A DNA stretch of 39,231 nt, from positions 1-39,231 of IMG/VR virus record IMGVR_UViG_3300031938_000011. One strand, 5' to 3'. Source of the DNA: a virus. Lineage: Duplodnaviria; Caudoviricetes. The notes under the pieces are model-generated. The model saw nothing but the letters and a program-made list of their open reading frames with translations, ran no database searches and was not told the origin of the DNA. Positions within the stretch are counted from its first letter, which is position 1, and each line of letters starts with the position of its first letter. The position numbers and the translations under genes were made by a program. Shown piece after piece: positions 10,212-19,478 of this stretch.

Positions 10212-10600
10212 CGCTGCACCTCCTTGAAGTCGTGGCCGTATCGGTTCAGCACCGCCAGCACCTCAGCCCGGGACATCGTGGTGCCGCCGCGTCGGGCGGG
10301 CCGGTGCTCGGGTTGCGGGCGCGGGTAGGGCGGGGGGTTCTTGGCGTGCGCGCGGTGGGTCAGGTCGAACAGGTCGGCCAACAGGAACCACTCGGGGCTA
10401 CGTGGCCCGGACCAGTCGTTGCGGGCGGCGAACACCTGAGACGTGGGATCGGTGAGCAGCACGCCCGTCAACCGGATCGCCTCGCCCCAACTCATCGTTG
10501 GGCCGCCAACCTCGTGCAGCCCCAGGCGAAACCGCGTGCGCCAGTCGTACTCAAACGCGGGTCGGTGCTCCTCGATCAGTCCGAGGAGCGCAAGGATTCC
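10208..10600 (-). CDS. Tail assembly chaperone, frameshifted C-terminal extension (gpGT-like)
   Basis: The -1 frame opens at the slippery site (GILALLGLIEEHRPAFEYDWRTRF...) and ends overlapping the tape measure start. Confidence 0.8.
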   Translation of the reverse strand, partial: GILALLGLIEEHRPAFEYDWRTRFRLGLHEVGGPTMSWGEAIRLTGVLLTDPTSQVFAARNDWSGPRSPEWFLLADLFDLTHRAHAKNPPPYPRPQPEHRPARRGGTTMSRAEVLAVLNRYGHDFKEVQR

Positions 10601-10929
10601 CCCACGCTGGGCTCGCCGTCCGGCTGCGCGGTGCTCATCCACGCCGCGACGTGCTCCAACATCACCGGGGCGGGCATGTCGTACAGGGCTTCCAGCGTCT
10701 CGGGCTCGGCCACCAGTTCCAGCATGGCGAAGCCGAGGCGCATCTGGCCGTTCTCGCCGTCCAGGTAGGCGTCCCGGATGAACCGGCCCGGCACCTGGTC
10801 CACGACCGATGCACCGCTCGGCAACACGTGCTCCACGCCGTTGTGGGTGAACACGTACGTTGAAACGCTTGTGGGCTTGACGTTGATTGCCTTGGGCTTG
10901 TGGTCCTGGGGCTGCTTCTTGGTGGGCAT
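10576..10929 (-). CDS. Tail assembly chaperone (gpG-like)
   Basis: 117 aa between major tail and tape measure genes; ends SVGESLRSSD. Confidence 0.85.
   Translation of the reverse strand: MPTKKQPQDHKPKAINVKPTSVSTYVFTHNGVEHVLPSGASVVDQVPGRFIRDAYLDGENGQMRLGFAMLELVAEPETLEALYDMPAPVMLEHVAAWMSTAQPDGEPSVGESLRSSD
10597..10603 (-). other. Programmed -1 frameshift slippery site GGGGGAA
   Basis: Minus strand GTG GGG GAA TCC; the -1 frame GGG GGA ATC stays open to 10208; heptamer type known from actinophage chaperones. Confidence 0.85.
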
Positions 10930-10967
10930 GCGCGGGTGCCTTTCCGGTTGCGCGCGGATTCATGGAG

Positions 10968-11007
10968 CACCAGGGGCGGGAGTCCGCGCAGTCCCCCGCC
11001 CCTGGTG
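10968..11007 (-). terminator. Hairpin after the major tail gene
   Basis: 13-bp stem CACCAGGGGCGGG / CCCGCCCCTGGTG in the intergenic gap. Confidence 0.55.
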
Positions 11008-11021
11008 TGTCTTGCGGGGGG

Positions 11022-11570
11022 TTACGCGGTCTTGAGCGCCGTCATCCAGACCTTGGCGGCACCGCCCAGGGTGGCGTCCAGGTACGCGGTCACGGTGACC
11101 TCGTAACCAATGGCCTCGCCGTTCTGGTACACGCGGTCCCCAACCTCGGTGACTTCGCCCTGCGGCACGTACACGCGCAGCAGTTCGCTGCCGTCGATCA
11201 CGTCGAGCACGAACGACTTGCGGCCCCCGGTGGAGGTCGGCACGATCACCAGGCTGCCGTCCGAAACGTCGGCCACGGACGTGGCCCCGTAGAACAACTC
11301 GGCGGTGGCCTTGCTCGTCTCCAACATGATGAAGTGATACGTGAGGGTGCCGTCCGTCACGACGGTGCGAACGAGCGCACCGCCCTGCCAGGCCTTGATG
11401 TCGTTGGTGGATCGGCCTCGGGACTCGGTAACTCCGTCCTCACCGATGAGCCCCAGGTCGCTGAACCCCGTAAGCGCACCACTGGTGCCGGTCGGTGCGG
11501 TGGCGTCGGTATCGCCAACGGACACAGCACCCGTGACGGCCACGCGCACGTTCTGCGAGTTGGTAGCCAT
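11022..11570 (-). CDS. Major tail protein
   Basis: LGLIGEDGVTE...IKAWQGG..VRT and GYEVTVTAY motifs; strong RBS AAGGAGGA. Confidence 0.9.
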   Translation of the reverse strand: MATNSQNVRVAVTGAVSVGDTDATAPTGTSGALTGFSDLGLIGEDGVTESRGRSTNDIKAWQGGALVRTVVTDGTLTYHFIMLETSKATAELFYGATSVADVSDGSLVIVPTSTGGRKSFVLDVIDGSELLRVYVPQGEVTEVGDRVYQNGEAIGYEVTVTAYLDATLGGAAKVWMTALKTA

Positions 11571-11659
11571 GCGTTCCTCCTTCGTGGCCTTACAGGGGCC
11601 GTTGTTGGTGCGCGCGGATAGCCCGCCAGCCGTACGGGTGGCGGGTGATCGTGGAGGGG

Positions 11660-12064
11660 CTAGACCTGCTGGCCCCGGGTCGTGACCTCAAAGGTCTGGT
11701 AGCGCAGCGGTTGGCCGCTCGGATCGGCCACCGGGGTGTTGCCAGCCGGTTGGGTGACGCGCACCACCGGGTCACCCGTGGGGGCGCTCCACAGCAGCGC
11801 GCCGACGAGGCGGGCCAGGTCGCTGGCCTCCTGGTCGGTCTTGCCCCACGTGCGAACCGACAGCCGCGCGACCTCGCGGAGCATGTCGGTGCGGAGCCCG
11901 CCGTCGCGGCGAACCACCACCATGCGGTCCCGGCGCTGGGTCGGCACGGTGTTGCTCACGTACACGTCCACCGCGTAGGGCTCCACGCGGCCCGCTAGGG
12001 CTTCACGGAGCCACGTCGTGGCCCACAACTCCACGTCCGGCTGTACGACGACGGGAAGGGCCAT
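11660..12064 (-). CDS. Tail terminator / tail completion protein
   Basis: MALPVVVQPDVE...VVVRRDGG...; directly upstream of the major tail gene. Confidence 0.75.
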   Translation of the reverse strand: MALPVVVQPDVELWATTWLREALAGRVEPYAVDVYVSNTVPTQRRDRMVVVRRDGGLRTDMLREVARLSVRTWGKTDQEASDLARLVGALLWSAPTGDPVVRVTQPAGNTPVADPSGQPLRYQTFEVTTRGQQV

Positions 12065-12342
12065 TACGAGCCTCCTGCGGCGTCCAGCGCGCGGGCGAGG
12101 TAACCGTGGTGGGTTTCCTCCCACAGCGCACGGGGGCCGGTGGCCACCACGCGCACCACCGCGCGGTCGTGGGTCACCTGCTCCACGTCCACCGTGGTGC
12201 GGGAGTCCAACTTCTCCTTGGGCACGGCGGCCAGCACCCGCGTCATGCGGCGGGTCAGGTCGGCGCGCAGTTCGCTGCTGTTGAGCAGCGCGACGATGCC
12301 GGGGCCTTCGATCTTCACGCGCACGGACTTGATGGTCCCCAC
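12064..12342 (-). CDS. Neck protein (HK97 gp10-like)
   Basis: 92 aa ending HGYLARALDAA; position in the head-tail joining block. Confidence 0.65.
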   Translation of the reverse strand: MGTIKSVRVKIEGPGIVALLNSSELRADLTRRMTRVLAAVPKEKLDSRTTVDVEQVTHDRAVVRVVATGPRALWEETHHGYLARALDAAGGS

Positions 12343-12345
12343 GGC

Positions 12346-12663
12346 TCAGCCCTCCGTCCGGTAGGCCTGCACGACCACGCCCACCGGCCATTGCTGCGGC
12401 GTGCCCTGCACGGGGTACGTGACACCGCGCACCTGCACGCGGTCATAGGCGGTGATCGGGTCGTCAGGGGGCAGGTACAAGGTCCACCCGCTCACCACCG
12501 CGTTGCGGGCGTCGATCACCTGCTCGTCGGTGGGCCGTGGTTCGGGCGGTGCCAACGTCGTGACGGTGCGCGACGTGGGGTTGTCCCAATCGGCCTTGGG
12601 TTCGTTGCTGTACGGGTCGGTGGTGCTCCCAGCGGTGAGCACCACCACGTCCTCGCCCTCCAC
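12346..12663 (-). CDS. Head-to-tail stopper / adaptor
   Basis: DPYSN...DW, TLYLP, DRVQVRGVTYPVQGTP motifs. Confidence 0.75.
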   Translation of the reverse strand: MEGEDVVVLTAGSTTDPYSNEPKADWDNPTSRTVTTLAPPEPRPTDEQVIDARNAVVSGWTLYLPPDDPITAYDRVQVRGVTYPVQGTPQQWPVGVVVQAYRTEG

Positions 12664-12665
12664 CG

Positions 12666-13196
12666 TCAGGGCCTTGCCGGTAGCCGGTAGTGGGTGAGCA
12701 CGTCGCGGTACTGGCCCAACGGGTCCTCGCCTGCCATGAACGTTTCGGAGAACGGGCCGGTTGACTTGGACTTGAGGCCGGGCAGCGCGGCCTTGGCCTG
12801 TTGGGCAATCGCCACCACGGCGGCGGTCACCTCGGGCGGCGGCTCGTCGTAGCCGTGCGTGAACGTGACGGCCACCTCATCCACGCCCCACCAATGGAAG
12901 GGCTCATGCGTGAACGACTGCCAGAACGTCGGATACACCCGACGCAGCACCCCGGACTCGGTGGTCCGGTAGGTGCTCGGGTCGAGCACCGTGCCGTCGT
13001 CGGTGACCACCGAGTCCACGGACACCAGGTGCAGCGTGGGCAGCACCACGGTGCCGTCCGCGAACGACGCATGCATGGTGCTCTGTCGTACCGGGGCGAT
13101 GTGCCAGCCACAGAACGCGCGCACCAACGCCTCGGCTGCAGCCAGCCGGTCGTCGTCGGTGACAACCAGGCTGGTGGCCAGTTCGGTGGGCGGCAT
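12666..13196 (-). CDS. Head-to-tail connector / adaptor
   Basis: AAEALVRAFCGWHIAP, VTFTHGY, GPFSETF, LTHYRL motifs. Confidence 0.8.
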   Translation of the reverse strand: MPPTELATSLVVTDDDRLAAAEALVRAFCGWHIAPVRQSTMHASFADGTVVLPTLHLVSVDSVVTDDGTVLDPSTYRTTESGVLRRVYPTFWQSFTHEPFHWWGVDEVAVTFTHGYDEPPPEVTAAVVAIAQQAKAALPGLKSKSTGPFSETFMAGEDPLGQYRDVLTHYRLPARP

Positions 13197-13202
13197 CGCG
13201 GG

Positions 13203-13352
13203 TCACTTGTTCCGGGTGCTGGTGGCGCGGGACTTGTTGGCGGGCGTGGATGCCTTGCCCTGCACGGGCTTGGCGTCGCGGGCCTTGGCCTCGTCCTCGT
13301 CCAGCCGCATGGTGTGCTCGGTCCCGTTGATGGTGACCACGTACTCCTTCAT
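13203..13352 (-). CDS. Small protein after the capsid gene
   Basis: MKEYVVTINGTEHTMRLDEDEAK...PANKSR; RBS AAGGGAG. Confidence 0.65.
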   Translation of the reverse strand: MKEYVVTINGTEHTMRLDEDEAKARDAKPVQGKASTPANKSRATSTRNK

Positions 13353-13394
13353 GGTGCGAACTCCCTTGCTGTGCAGGCGATTGGTGGTCGGGGA

Positions 13395-13433
13395 GCCGGG
13401 CGGGGGTGTGCGCTCAAACACCCCCCGCCCGGC
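13395..13433 (-). terminator. Hairpin downstream of the major capsid gene
   Basis: GCCGGGCGGGGG-TGT ... ACA-CCCCCCGCCCGGC just after the capsid stop. Confidence 0.6.
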
Positions 13434-13441
13434 CCATGTCA

Positions 13442-14677
13442 CTACGCGGTGAAGGTCACCTCAACGATGGCCGAGGGCCACCGAACCGCGAGCGCGATGC
13501 GCTCCTCGATACGGGTAGTGATGATGTTGCTGGTGAACTTGCCCTGGTCGGAGTTGGTGGACTCGACCCGAACACCGCCCTTGCGGTACACCGTCGCGGC
13601 CTGCTGGAAGGCCCCGACCACCGCCGTGCCAGCCGCCACGGCCTGGGTCACGATGGTGCGCATGCCCCAAATCGGCTGGTTGAGGGCGAGCGACTGGCCC
13701 AACTCGCCGTACTGCGGCTGGAAGAAGCCCCCGCCGTAGTACTGCTGGTTGGCGTCCCGACGCAGCCGCAACCGCTGGTAGTCGGTCGGGTTGATGATGA
13801 TGCCGTCAGCGCCGAGCCCGGTCGCGGTCATGATCTTGGTCATGGCCCGGAACAGGGCGTCTGCGTCGTCGTCACCGCCAGCCGCCGACACCTCGGTCTG
13901 GATGCCCGAACGGTTGAGCAGGCCGCGCACGTTGTTGCCCGCGCCCGACCCGTTGAGCAACTGCTGCTCCTCGACCATCGCCAGCCGGTAGAGGCCGCGC
14001 TGGTTGATTTCGGACACCAGGAACGGCAAGTCCTCCACCATCTCGTCCGACACGTCGAACCAGCCCGCGATCTTGCGCAGCGCGTCCGTCACCTGGGTGG
14101 GGTCGCCCTGGTGGAACTGCGGCTTGGCCGCACCCTCGGCAACGGTCGCCAGGTCACCCTCAAGGGAACCCTCAAGGAAGTACGTCACCGCGTTGCCCGC
14201 AAGCGTTCCGCTCCCGAGGAGGTCGGCCACCACCGGGCGCGGGCGGTAGCCCGGCACGATGTTGCGGTCGTACTCGGTGAGCAGCGGAGACAGGGCTGCG
14301 CCCGTGGTCACCTGCGGGTCGGTGGCTGCCTTGGCAGACCACGCGGGGGCCGCCACGGTGAAGCCGCTCTGCGCCTTGAGGCGGGCGAACCCATCCTCAC
14401 CCACGGACTTGGCGAAGTGCTCACCGAGGGAAAGCCCCTTGGTCTGCACACCGCCCGGCTGGTCGTCGTCGGGGTCCTGGTCGGCGCTGTCGAGCGACAG
14501 CACGGACTTGACCAGGGCCTGACCCTTGATCTGCTTGTCGAGGGTGCCAACCTCATCCATCTTGCTCTCGACCAGCGTGTGCTCGTCGTCGGTCAGTTCG
14601 CGCTGCTCCTTGCGGGCCAGGTCCACGACATCGCGGGCGGCCTTGAGAGCAGCAGCGCGCTGGGCCTTGAGGTCCAT
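13442..14677 (-). CDS. Major capsid protein, HK97 fold with delta domain
   Basis: N-terminal coiled coil (RELTDDE); VAEGAAKP, LLNGSG, IINPTDY, RIEERIAL; RBS AAGGAG. Confidence 0.93.
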   Translation of the reverse strand: MDLKAQRAAALKAARDVVDLARKEQRELTDDEHTLVESKMDEVGTLDKQIKGQALVKSVLSLDSADQDPDDDQPGGVQTKGLSLGEHFAKSVGEDGFARLKAQSGFTVAAPAWSAKAATDPQVTTGAALSPLLTEYDRNIVPGYRPRPVVADLLGSGTLAGNAVTYFLEGSLEGDLATVAEGAAKPQFHQGDPTQVTDALRKIAGWFDVSDEMVEDLPFLVSEINQRGLYRLAMVEEQQLLNGSGAGNNVRGLLNRSGIQTEVSAAGGDDDADALFRAMTKIMTATGLGADGIIINPTDYQRLRLRRDANQQYYGGGFFQPQYGELGQSLALNQPIWGMRTIVTQAVAAGTAVVGAFQQAATVYRKGGVRVESTNSDQGKFTSNIITTRIEERIALAVRWPSAIVEVTFTA

Positions 14678-14681
14678 TGCG

Positions 14682-15464
14682 TTACTCCTTGTCTTGAAGG
14701 TTGATGAGTGCCGCCCAGGTATCGACGGGCACGTGGCGGTTGGGCTCCTCGGCCTTGGCCCCGTGGGGCTCCTCGGCCTTGGCCGGTGCGTCCGTGCTGG
14801 CCTGCTCCTGGTGCTTCGTGCTGTCGTCGGTTCCGACCGACGCCAGAACGTCCTTGATCTGCTTCGCGCTGGCCTCAATGGCCCCGAGCGCGTCTCGCAG
14901 GGTGTTCTCGTTCTTCGCGGACAACGTGCGGCCCGCCTTGGCCTCGACGGTCAACGCGTCCACGGCGCGCTTGACCCCGAGGAGTTCGGTTTCCGGGTTG
15001 GCCCCCACCGGGGTGGGACCGACCTCGTACAACTTCAACTTGCGCAACTCGTAGAACGAGTCGCCGTCCTTCTCGACCAGCCCGCCGTCGATCACGTCGT
15101 AGGCGAACGAGAACTCACGGACGCGGCGGCCCTTGAGCAGCCGGTAGGCCTGCCGGGCCTTGGGGCTCGCGCCCTCGTCCATGTCGATCTGTGCCAGGAC
15201 CTCCAAGCCCTGGTCCGTCTCCGTGGCGTCGAGAACCCACCCGATGTTGAAGTCGGGGTCAGCCATCTGGTGCGACCAGTAGACCGGGATGCTGTCGCCG
15301 CTGGACTTCCAGTCGGCCAGGGTGTCGGTGAACGCGCCCGGCTGCACCACATCGCCGTACGAGTCCTTGTTGCCGAACACCGACACCAGGGCGCGGAACT
15401 GACCCTCGGCCAGGCCGTCCTCGGTGCCTGCGGCCTTGATCTGCGCGGGGGCGGACTTGTGCAT
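14682..15464 (-). CDS. HK97-family prohead protease
   Basis: SVFGNKDSYGDVVQPGAF, WSHQ, FSFAY, LYEVGPTPVGANP. Confidence 0.92.
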   Translation of the reverse strand: MHKSAPAQIKAAGTEDGLAEGQFRALVSVFGNKDSYGDVVQPGAFTDTLADWKSSGDSIPVYWSHQMADPDFNIGWVLDATETDQGLEVLAQIDMDEGASPKARQAYRLLKGRRVREFSFAYDVIDGGLVEKDGDSFYELRKLKLYEVGPTPVGANPETELLGVKRAVDALTVEAKAGRTLSAKNENTLRDALGAIEASAKQIKDVLASVGTDDSTKHQEQASTDAPAKAEEPHGAKAEEPNRHVPVDTWAALINLQDKE

Positions 15465-15600
15465 GAGTGCCCTCCTTGGGCGTCGGGGTGCGCGCGGCTT
15501 GTGCGTGGCCGTACGAGGCCGTGTGCTGCCCGTGGGCGGGCGTTGGGCACCGGGGCGGGGGAATCACCCACCCGGGCGATACGGGGCCGTGCAGGGCCGC

Positions 15601-15981
15601 TTACGGCCTCGGCCAGGGCGGCACGGGCTTGGGGCCGGTGCCGTCCCATCGCGCGGCCCAGCCGGTGCCGATGAGGTGAGTCACCAGATCACCGACACCG
15701 GGCAGGGCCACGGATACGTCGATGCGGCCCGCGTACTTGTCCCACGCCATGCAGGTGATCGCTACGACCGAACCCACCGGGATCAGCGTGGCCAGGTGGT
15801 CGCGCGCCTCGGGGCCGCCGTCGTCGTGTAACTCCCGAGCGTTGCAACCCCATAGCCGCAAGCCCATGCCGGAAGCCGAGAGCCCGTGATTCCACTGGCC
15901 CAACCCCTGGTCCACCCAGCCGTACAAGGTGTCCCCGTCGTGCACGTCGCGGATCAGGGCCTCAAGCCCCCACGTCCTCAT
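15601..15981 (-). CDS. Thermonuclease (SNase-like)
   Basis: VHDGDT, LRLWGCNARE, DKYAGR match the staphylococcal nuclease family; ATGA overlap with portal stop. Confidence 0.8.
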   Translation of the reverse strand: MRTWGLEALIRDVHDGDTLYGWVDQGLGQWNHGLSASGMGLRLWGCNARELHDDGGPEARDHLATLIPVGSVVAITCMAWDKYAGRIDVSVALPGVGDLVTHLIGTGWAARWDGTGPKPVPPWPRP

Positions 15982-17906
15982 GAGAGGTTGATCTGCACCG
16001 TGCAGTTGCAACCGGAGTCATCGGGTGCACCGCCACCGCCCGGCCATTGCATGCCGTTGGAGAACGAGTCATCGAGCGGCACCGTCTCGCCGTCCATGTC
16101 GGCGTGCGACTGGCGCGGGTTGGGACCAGCCACCCACGTCTTGGTGGGCTCAAGGTCGTGCGTGCGCGCCAACTGCTGCGCGGCCTCGTGGGTGGCGAAG
16201 CCCGCCACGAACGTGGCCACCTGGCCCGCAACGCCCTTAGCCCGTTGGGCAACCGCCTCCGGTGCGTACACGTCGGTGGGGTCGCCGTCGTCGGCAGCCA
16301 GGGCCGCATCCAACTTCCCCTTGGTGGTCATGTTCACGTTGGTGGCGTAGCGCGCGGCGGCGGCTTGCAGGAAGTGGACCGTTACGTCCTCGTCGTAGTC
16401 GTCGGCGCTGTAGCCCAACGCGGTGGCCTCGGCCTTGCCCAACGTGGTGGCCACGGACAGGGCCACGGCGTGGAGGTCGGTGGCCAACTCGCGGTCCCAT
16501 CGGTCGGCGTCCCACCAATCACCCTCGCCCACCTTGGGGAGCACCGCGCTGCCCTGACGGGTGAGGTATCGGTGCAGCACGTCCGCGATCTTCTCGGCCT
16601 GCCGGTCGGTGGCGCGGGCCTTGAGCAGAAACAGGTTCCCGGCCTTCGTGCCGACCTCGCGGCCCTTGGGCGGGGCCGAGTCGGTGGGGCTGGCCTGGCC
16701 GCCCACCAGCACGTTGAGCGGGGTCACGAGTTCGTCCCCGCCGTCAATGGCGGGCATGTTGCGCAACGCCCGGGCCTCGTTGGCGGTCATCCACGGGCGG
16801 CCCACGCTGCTTTGCAGGGCGGTCGTCTGCTCCTCGAACGACCCCTGCAACTTCTCGTCAATGTTGAACTCGACATAGAGGTCTGCGCGGCTGTCGATCC
16901 GGGGCAGCAGAAACGTGTTCAGCCGGTCCTCGATCATCGCCATGGTGGGGCCGAGGGTGTCGCCGTAGAGCATGCGGCGGAACTCGCGCACGTTGGAGTA
17001 GTTCGCGTTGTCCAGCAAGCCGATCATGGTCGGGTTGACGTGATACACGCTGGCCACGGTGTTGAGCGCCAGCCGCGCGCCCTCGACGTACTCCATCTCG
17101 TGCGCGGAGAAGTCAACGCGGTTCAGCGTCATGCCGTCCTCAAGCAACGGCGTGCCGCCCACCTCGCTGCCTGCGCCGGAGAACCGCGCGTTCCAATCGG
17201 CCTTGAACTGCGCCCGGGCCTCCGGTCCCCAATCGGGTGCACCGGCAGGGCGGGAGAGCACCGCGCCGACCTTGCCGCCGCGCTTCCACACCGCCTCGCG
17301 GTACCGCGCGGCCTGCACCTGCTCGGCCAGGATTTCGCGCAGCGCGTGCACGGGGCTGCTGCCCGCGTACAGGCTGCCCGGGTGCCAACCGTGGAAGGCC
17401 AAGATTTGGTTGGCGGGGATCGGCGCGGCCTCGCCCCGGTCGTTGCGCTTGACCAGGTACTCCTCCGGGGCCATGGCGTCACCGCCGCGCGGGGTCACCC
17501 ATGCCACCGGCAGCCGCACAATCCGGTTGGTGGGGTCATCGCTGATGAGCCAGTAAGCCACGTCGTACAGGGCGAGGTCGGCCACGAGGGAGAACACCAA
17601 CTCGTAGGGCGTGGTCACCGCGTTGGGGTGCGCCAGTACGGCGGCGACACCATCGCGCACCCGGTGCCGGTCGTCGTCGCTCACCCGCTGGAAGGTCTGC
17701 AAGCCGAGTTGGGCGATGTTGCGGGCCAGGAACGTCACGACGGTGCGGAGGTACGGCTGCGTGCGCCACATCTCTCCCGGGGCCAGGCCCAGGATGCGCT
17801 CGTACTCCTCGGTGCTCAACCGCCAAGCGCCGTAGTAGTCGGCGGTGGTGGGCACGTAGACGCCCTCCACGGACGACACCTTGCGGAAGCGGTCGAACAG
17901 GCCCAT
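15978..17906 (-). CDS. Portal protein fused to a C-terminal MuF-like head morphogenesis domain
   Basis: HK97 portal motifs (LLEDGM, NYSNV, MTANEARALRNMPAIDGGDEL); C-terminal KTWV...RQSHADMDGETV...GCNC MuF-type motif. Confidence 0.88.
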   Translation of the reverse strand: MGLFDRFRKVSSVEGVYVPTTADYYGAWRLSTEEYERILGLAPGEMWRTQPYLRTVVTFLARNIAQLGLQTFQRVSDDDRHRVRDGVAAVLAHPNAVTTPYELVFSLVADLALYDVAYWLISDDPTNRIVRLPVAWVTPRGGDAMAPEEYLVKRNDRGEAAPIPANQILAFHGWHPGSLYAGSSPVHALREILAEQVQAARYREAVWKRGGKVGAVLSRPAGAPDWGPEARAQFKADWNARFSGAGSEVGGTPLLEDGMTLNRVDFSAHEMEYVEGARLALNTVASVYHVNPTMIGLLDNANYSNVREFRRMLYGDTLGPTMAMIEDRLNTFLLPRIDSRADLYVEFNIDEKLQGSFEEQTTALQSSVGRPWMTANEARALRNMPAIDGGDELVTPLNVLVGGQASPTDSAPPKGREVGTKAGNLFLLKARATDRQAEKIADVLHRYLTRQGSAVLPKVGEGDWWDADRWDRELATDLHAVALSVATTLGKAEATALGYSADDYDEDVTVHFLQAAAARYATNVNMTTKGKLDAALAADDGDPTDVYAPEAVAQRAKGVAGQVATFVAGFATHEAAQQLARTHDLEPTKTWVAGPNPRQSHADMDGETVPLDDSFSNGMQWPGGGGAPDDSGCNCTVQINLS

Positions 17907-19478
17907 CTACAGCACCTCCAATCGGCGTGACTCGTATGCAGAAACGGGGCGCGGTGCGGACTGGCCATTGGTCAAGCACCACAGCGCACCCGTGACGGCC
18001 ACCAACGGGCTTGCATCGCTGCGCTTGCGGTCCCACAGCCACGCGTCCCCGGCAGGGCGAGTGCTGGCGGTGGCGGCGGCGAGGTTGAGCACGGGCTGGT
18101 TGCGGTGTCGCAACGCGGTGGGGGCTTCGCCTTCGCCCACGGCGGCCCGTACGCGGTCGTACAAGGCCCCCGTGGCTGCTCCCAGCGCCGCGCCGGACCA
18201 TTCCACGACGTTGACCCCCGCCTCAGCCAGCGGGGCAGCCAGGCTGCTGGCCGGTGCGCCCTTGGCTTGCACGGCAACGGGTGCGCGGCGTACGTCGTCG
18301 CTGCGCTCGGGGCTGGTCAACCAGTCGGCCACCCAATCGGTGCCCGCCCGGCTCGCCACCACCTCGACGTGCGCCAGCCCGTCGCTGCGCGTGGTGGCCA
18401 ATCCCACGTACGTGGTGCCCCGGTCCCACGACACGTCTACGCACAGGGCCACGGGTGCACCCGGTGCGCGTCGGCTGGCCGAGTCCCCGCAGGCCTCCCA
18501 GGCTCCTGCGGGGAACGGCCCCTCAAGCGTTCCCTCGCTCCACTGGCACAGCACCTCGGTGCGGAATATCCACTCGGGGTCCGTGCGGCACGCGCTGGCG
18601 ATGGTGCGCTCGCTGATGGTGTAGCCAAGGCTGGGGTTGGCCATGGCCCACGCGTCCCGGTCCAACACACTGCACCCCGGTGGCGCGCTCCATTCAAAGA
18701 TGGCCAGGGTGTCGTCGTCGTCGGGTAGGTCGTCCTCGTCCTCGGGCAGGATCACCGGCACGGCCTCGGCGTGCTCGTGCAGCCCGTCCGGGTCGCCCAA
18801 CGGTTCGTGCGCCAACTTGCGGAGGTAGCGCAGGACCACGCTCGTGGCGTCGCCCGCGTTGGACAGCGCGAGGATGAGCGCCTGGGCTCGCGCCATGGTG
18901 GTCTTGGTGATCGCCCCCCACGCGTCCCACGTCTGGTGCTCGCGCAACTCGTCCAGGAGCACCACGTCACCCGACAGGCCACGGCCCGCGCGCCGGTTCG
19001 CCGCCTTGACCTTGTATCGCTCACCGCTCTTGAGGTTCAACGACTTCTTGCCGTTGACCATCACCACGCGGTCCAACAGGTCGTGGAGGTCGGGCCGCAA
19101 CGGCATGCCCTCGTCGTCGGTTTCCACCACGAGGTCCACCGCCCCTTGCCACACCTCCTCGGCGGTGTCGAGGTCTTGCGCGGTGCCGAGGACCAACGCG
19201 GTGCCGTACACGTACAGGAACCACAGCGCGAGCACCTGAGACAACGTGCTCTTGCCGTTCTGCCGGGCCACCAGGATCACGACCGTGCGGAAGCGGAGCG
19301 TCCCATCGGGCAGCAGTTCCAGCATGTGCAGGAGCAACCATCGCTGCCACGGCAGCAGGTTGATGCCGAGCACGTCATCGGCAAACGTGATGACGGCGTG
19401 CCCCAACGTGGCGTCCGGCTCGCTCAGGTCACGCAGCGGCGGGGTGAAGATGCGCGGCTCGGTAACCCCGGTGACCAT
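17907..19478 (-). CDS. terL: Terminase large subunit
   Basis: Walker A VARQNGKST, Walker B VLLDELRE, MANPSLG, nuclease CVDVS. Confidence 0.95.
   Translation of the reverse strand: MVTGVTEPRIFTPPLRDLSEPDATLGHAVITFADDVLGINLLPWQRWLLLHMLELLPDGTLRFRTVVILVARQNGKSTLSQVLALWFLYVYGTALVLGTAQDLDTAEEVWQGAVDLVVETDDEGMPLRPDLHDLLDRVVMVNGKKSLNLKSGERYKVKAANRRAGRGLSGDVVLLDELREHQTWDAWGAITKTTMARAQALILALSNAGDATSVVLRYLRKLAHEPLGDPDGLHEHAEAVPVILPEDEDDLPDDDDTLAIFEWSAPPGCSVLDRDAWAMANPSLGYTISERTIASACRTDPEWIFRTEVLCQWSEGTLEGPFPAGAWEACGDSASRRAPGAPVALCVDVSWDRGTTYVGLATTRSDGLAHVEVVASRAGTDWVADWLTSPERSDDVRRAPVAVQAKGAPASSLAAPLAEAGVNVVEWSGAALGAATGALYDRVRAAVGEGEAPTALRHRNQPVLNLAAATASTRPAGDAWLWDRKRSDASPLVAVTGALWCLTNGQSAPRPVSAYESRRLEVL

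Noticed and set aside
15467-15611. Intergenic inverted repeat CGAGGCCGT (15514) / ACGGCCTCG (15603)
   Set aside because: Only 9 bp in very GC-rich DNA and one arm is in coding sequence; not enough for an ncRNA call
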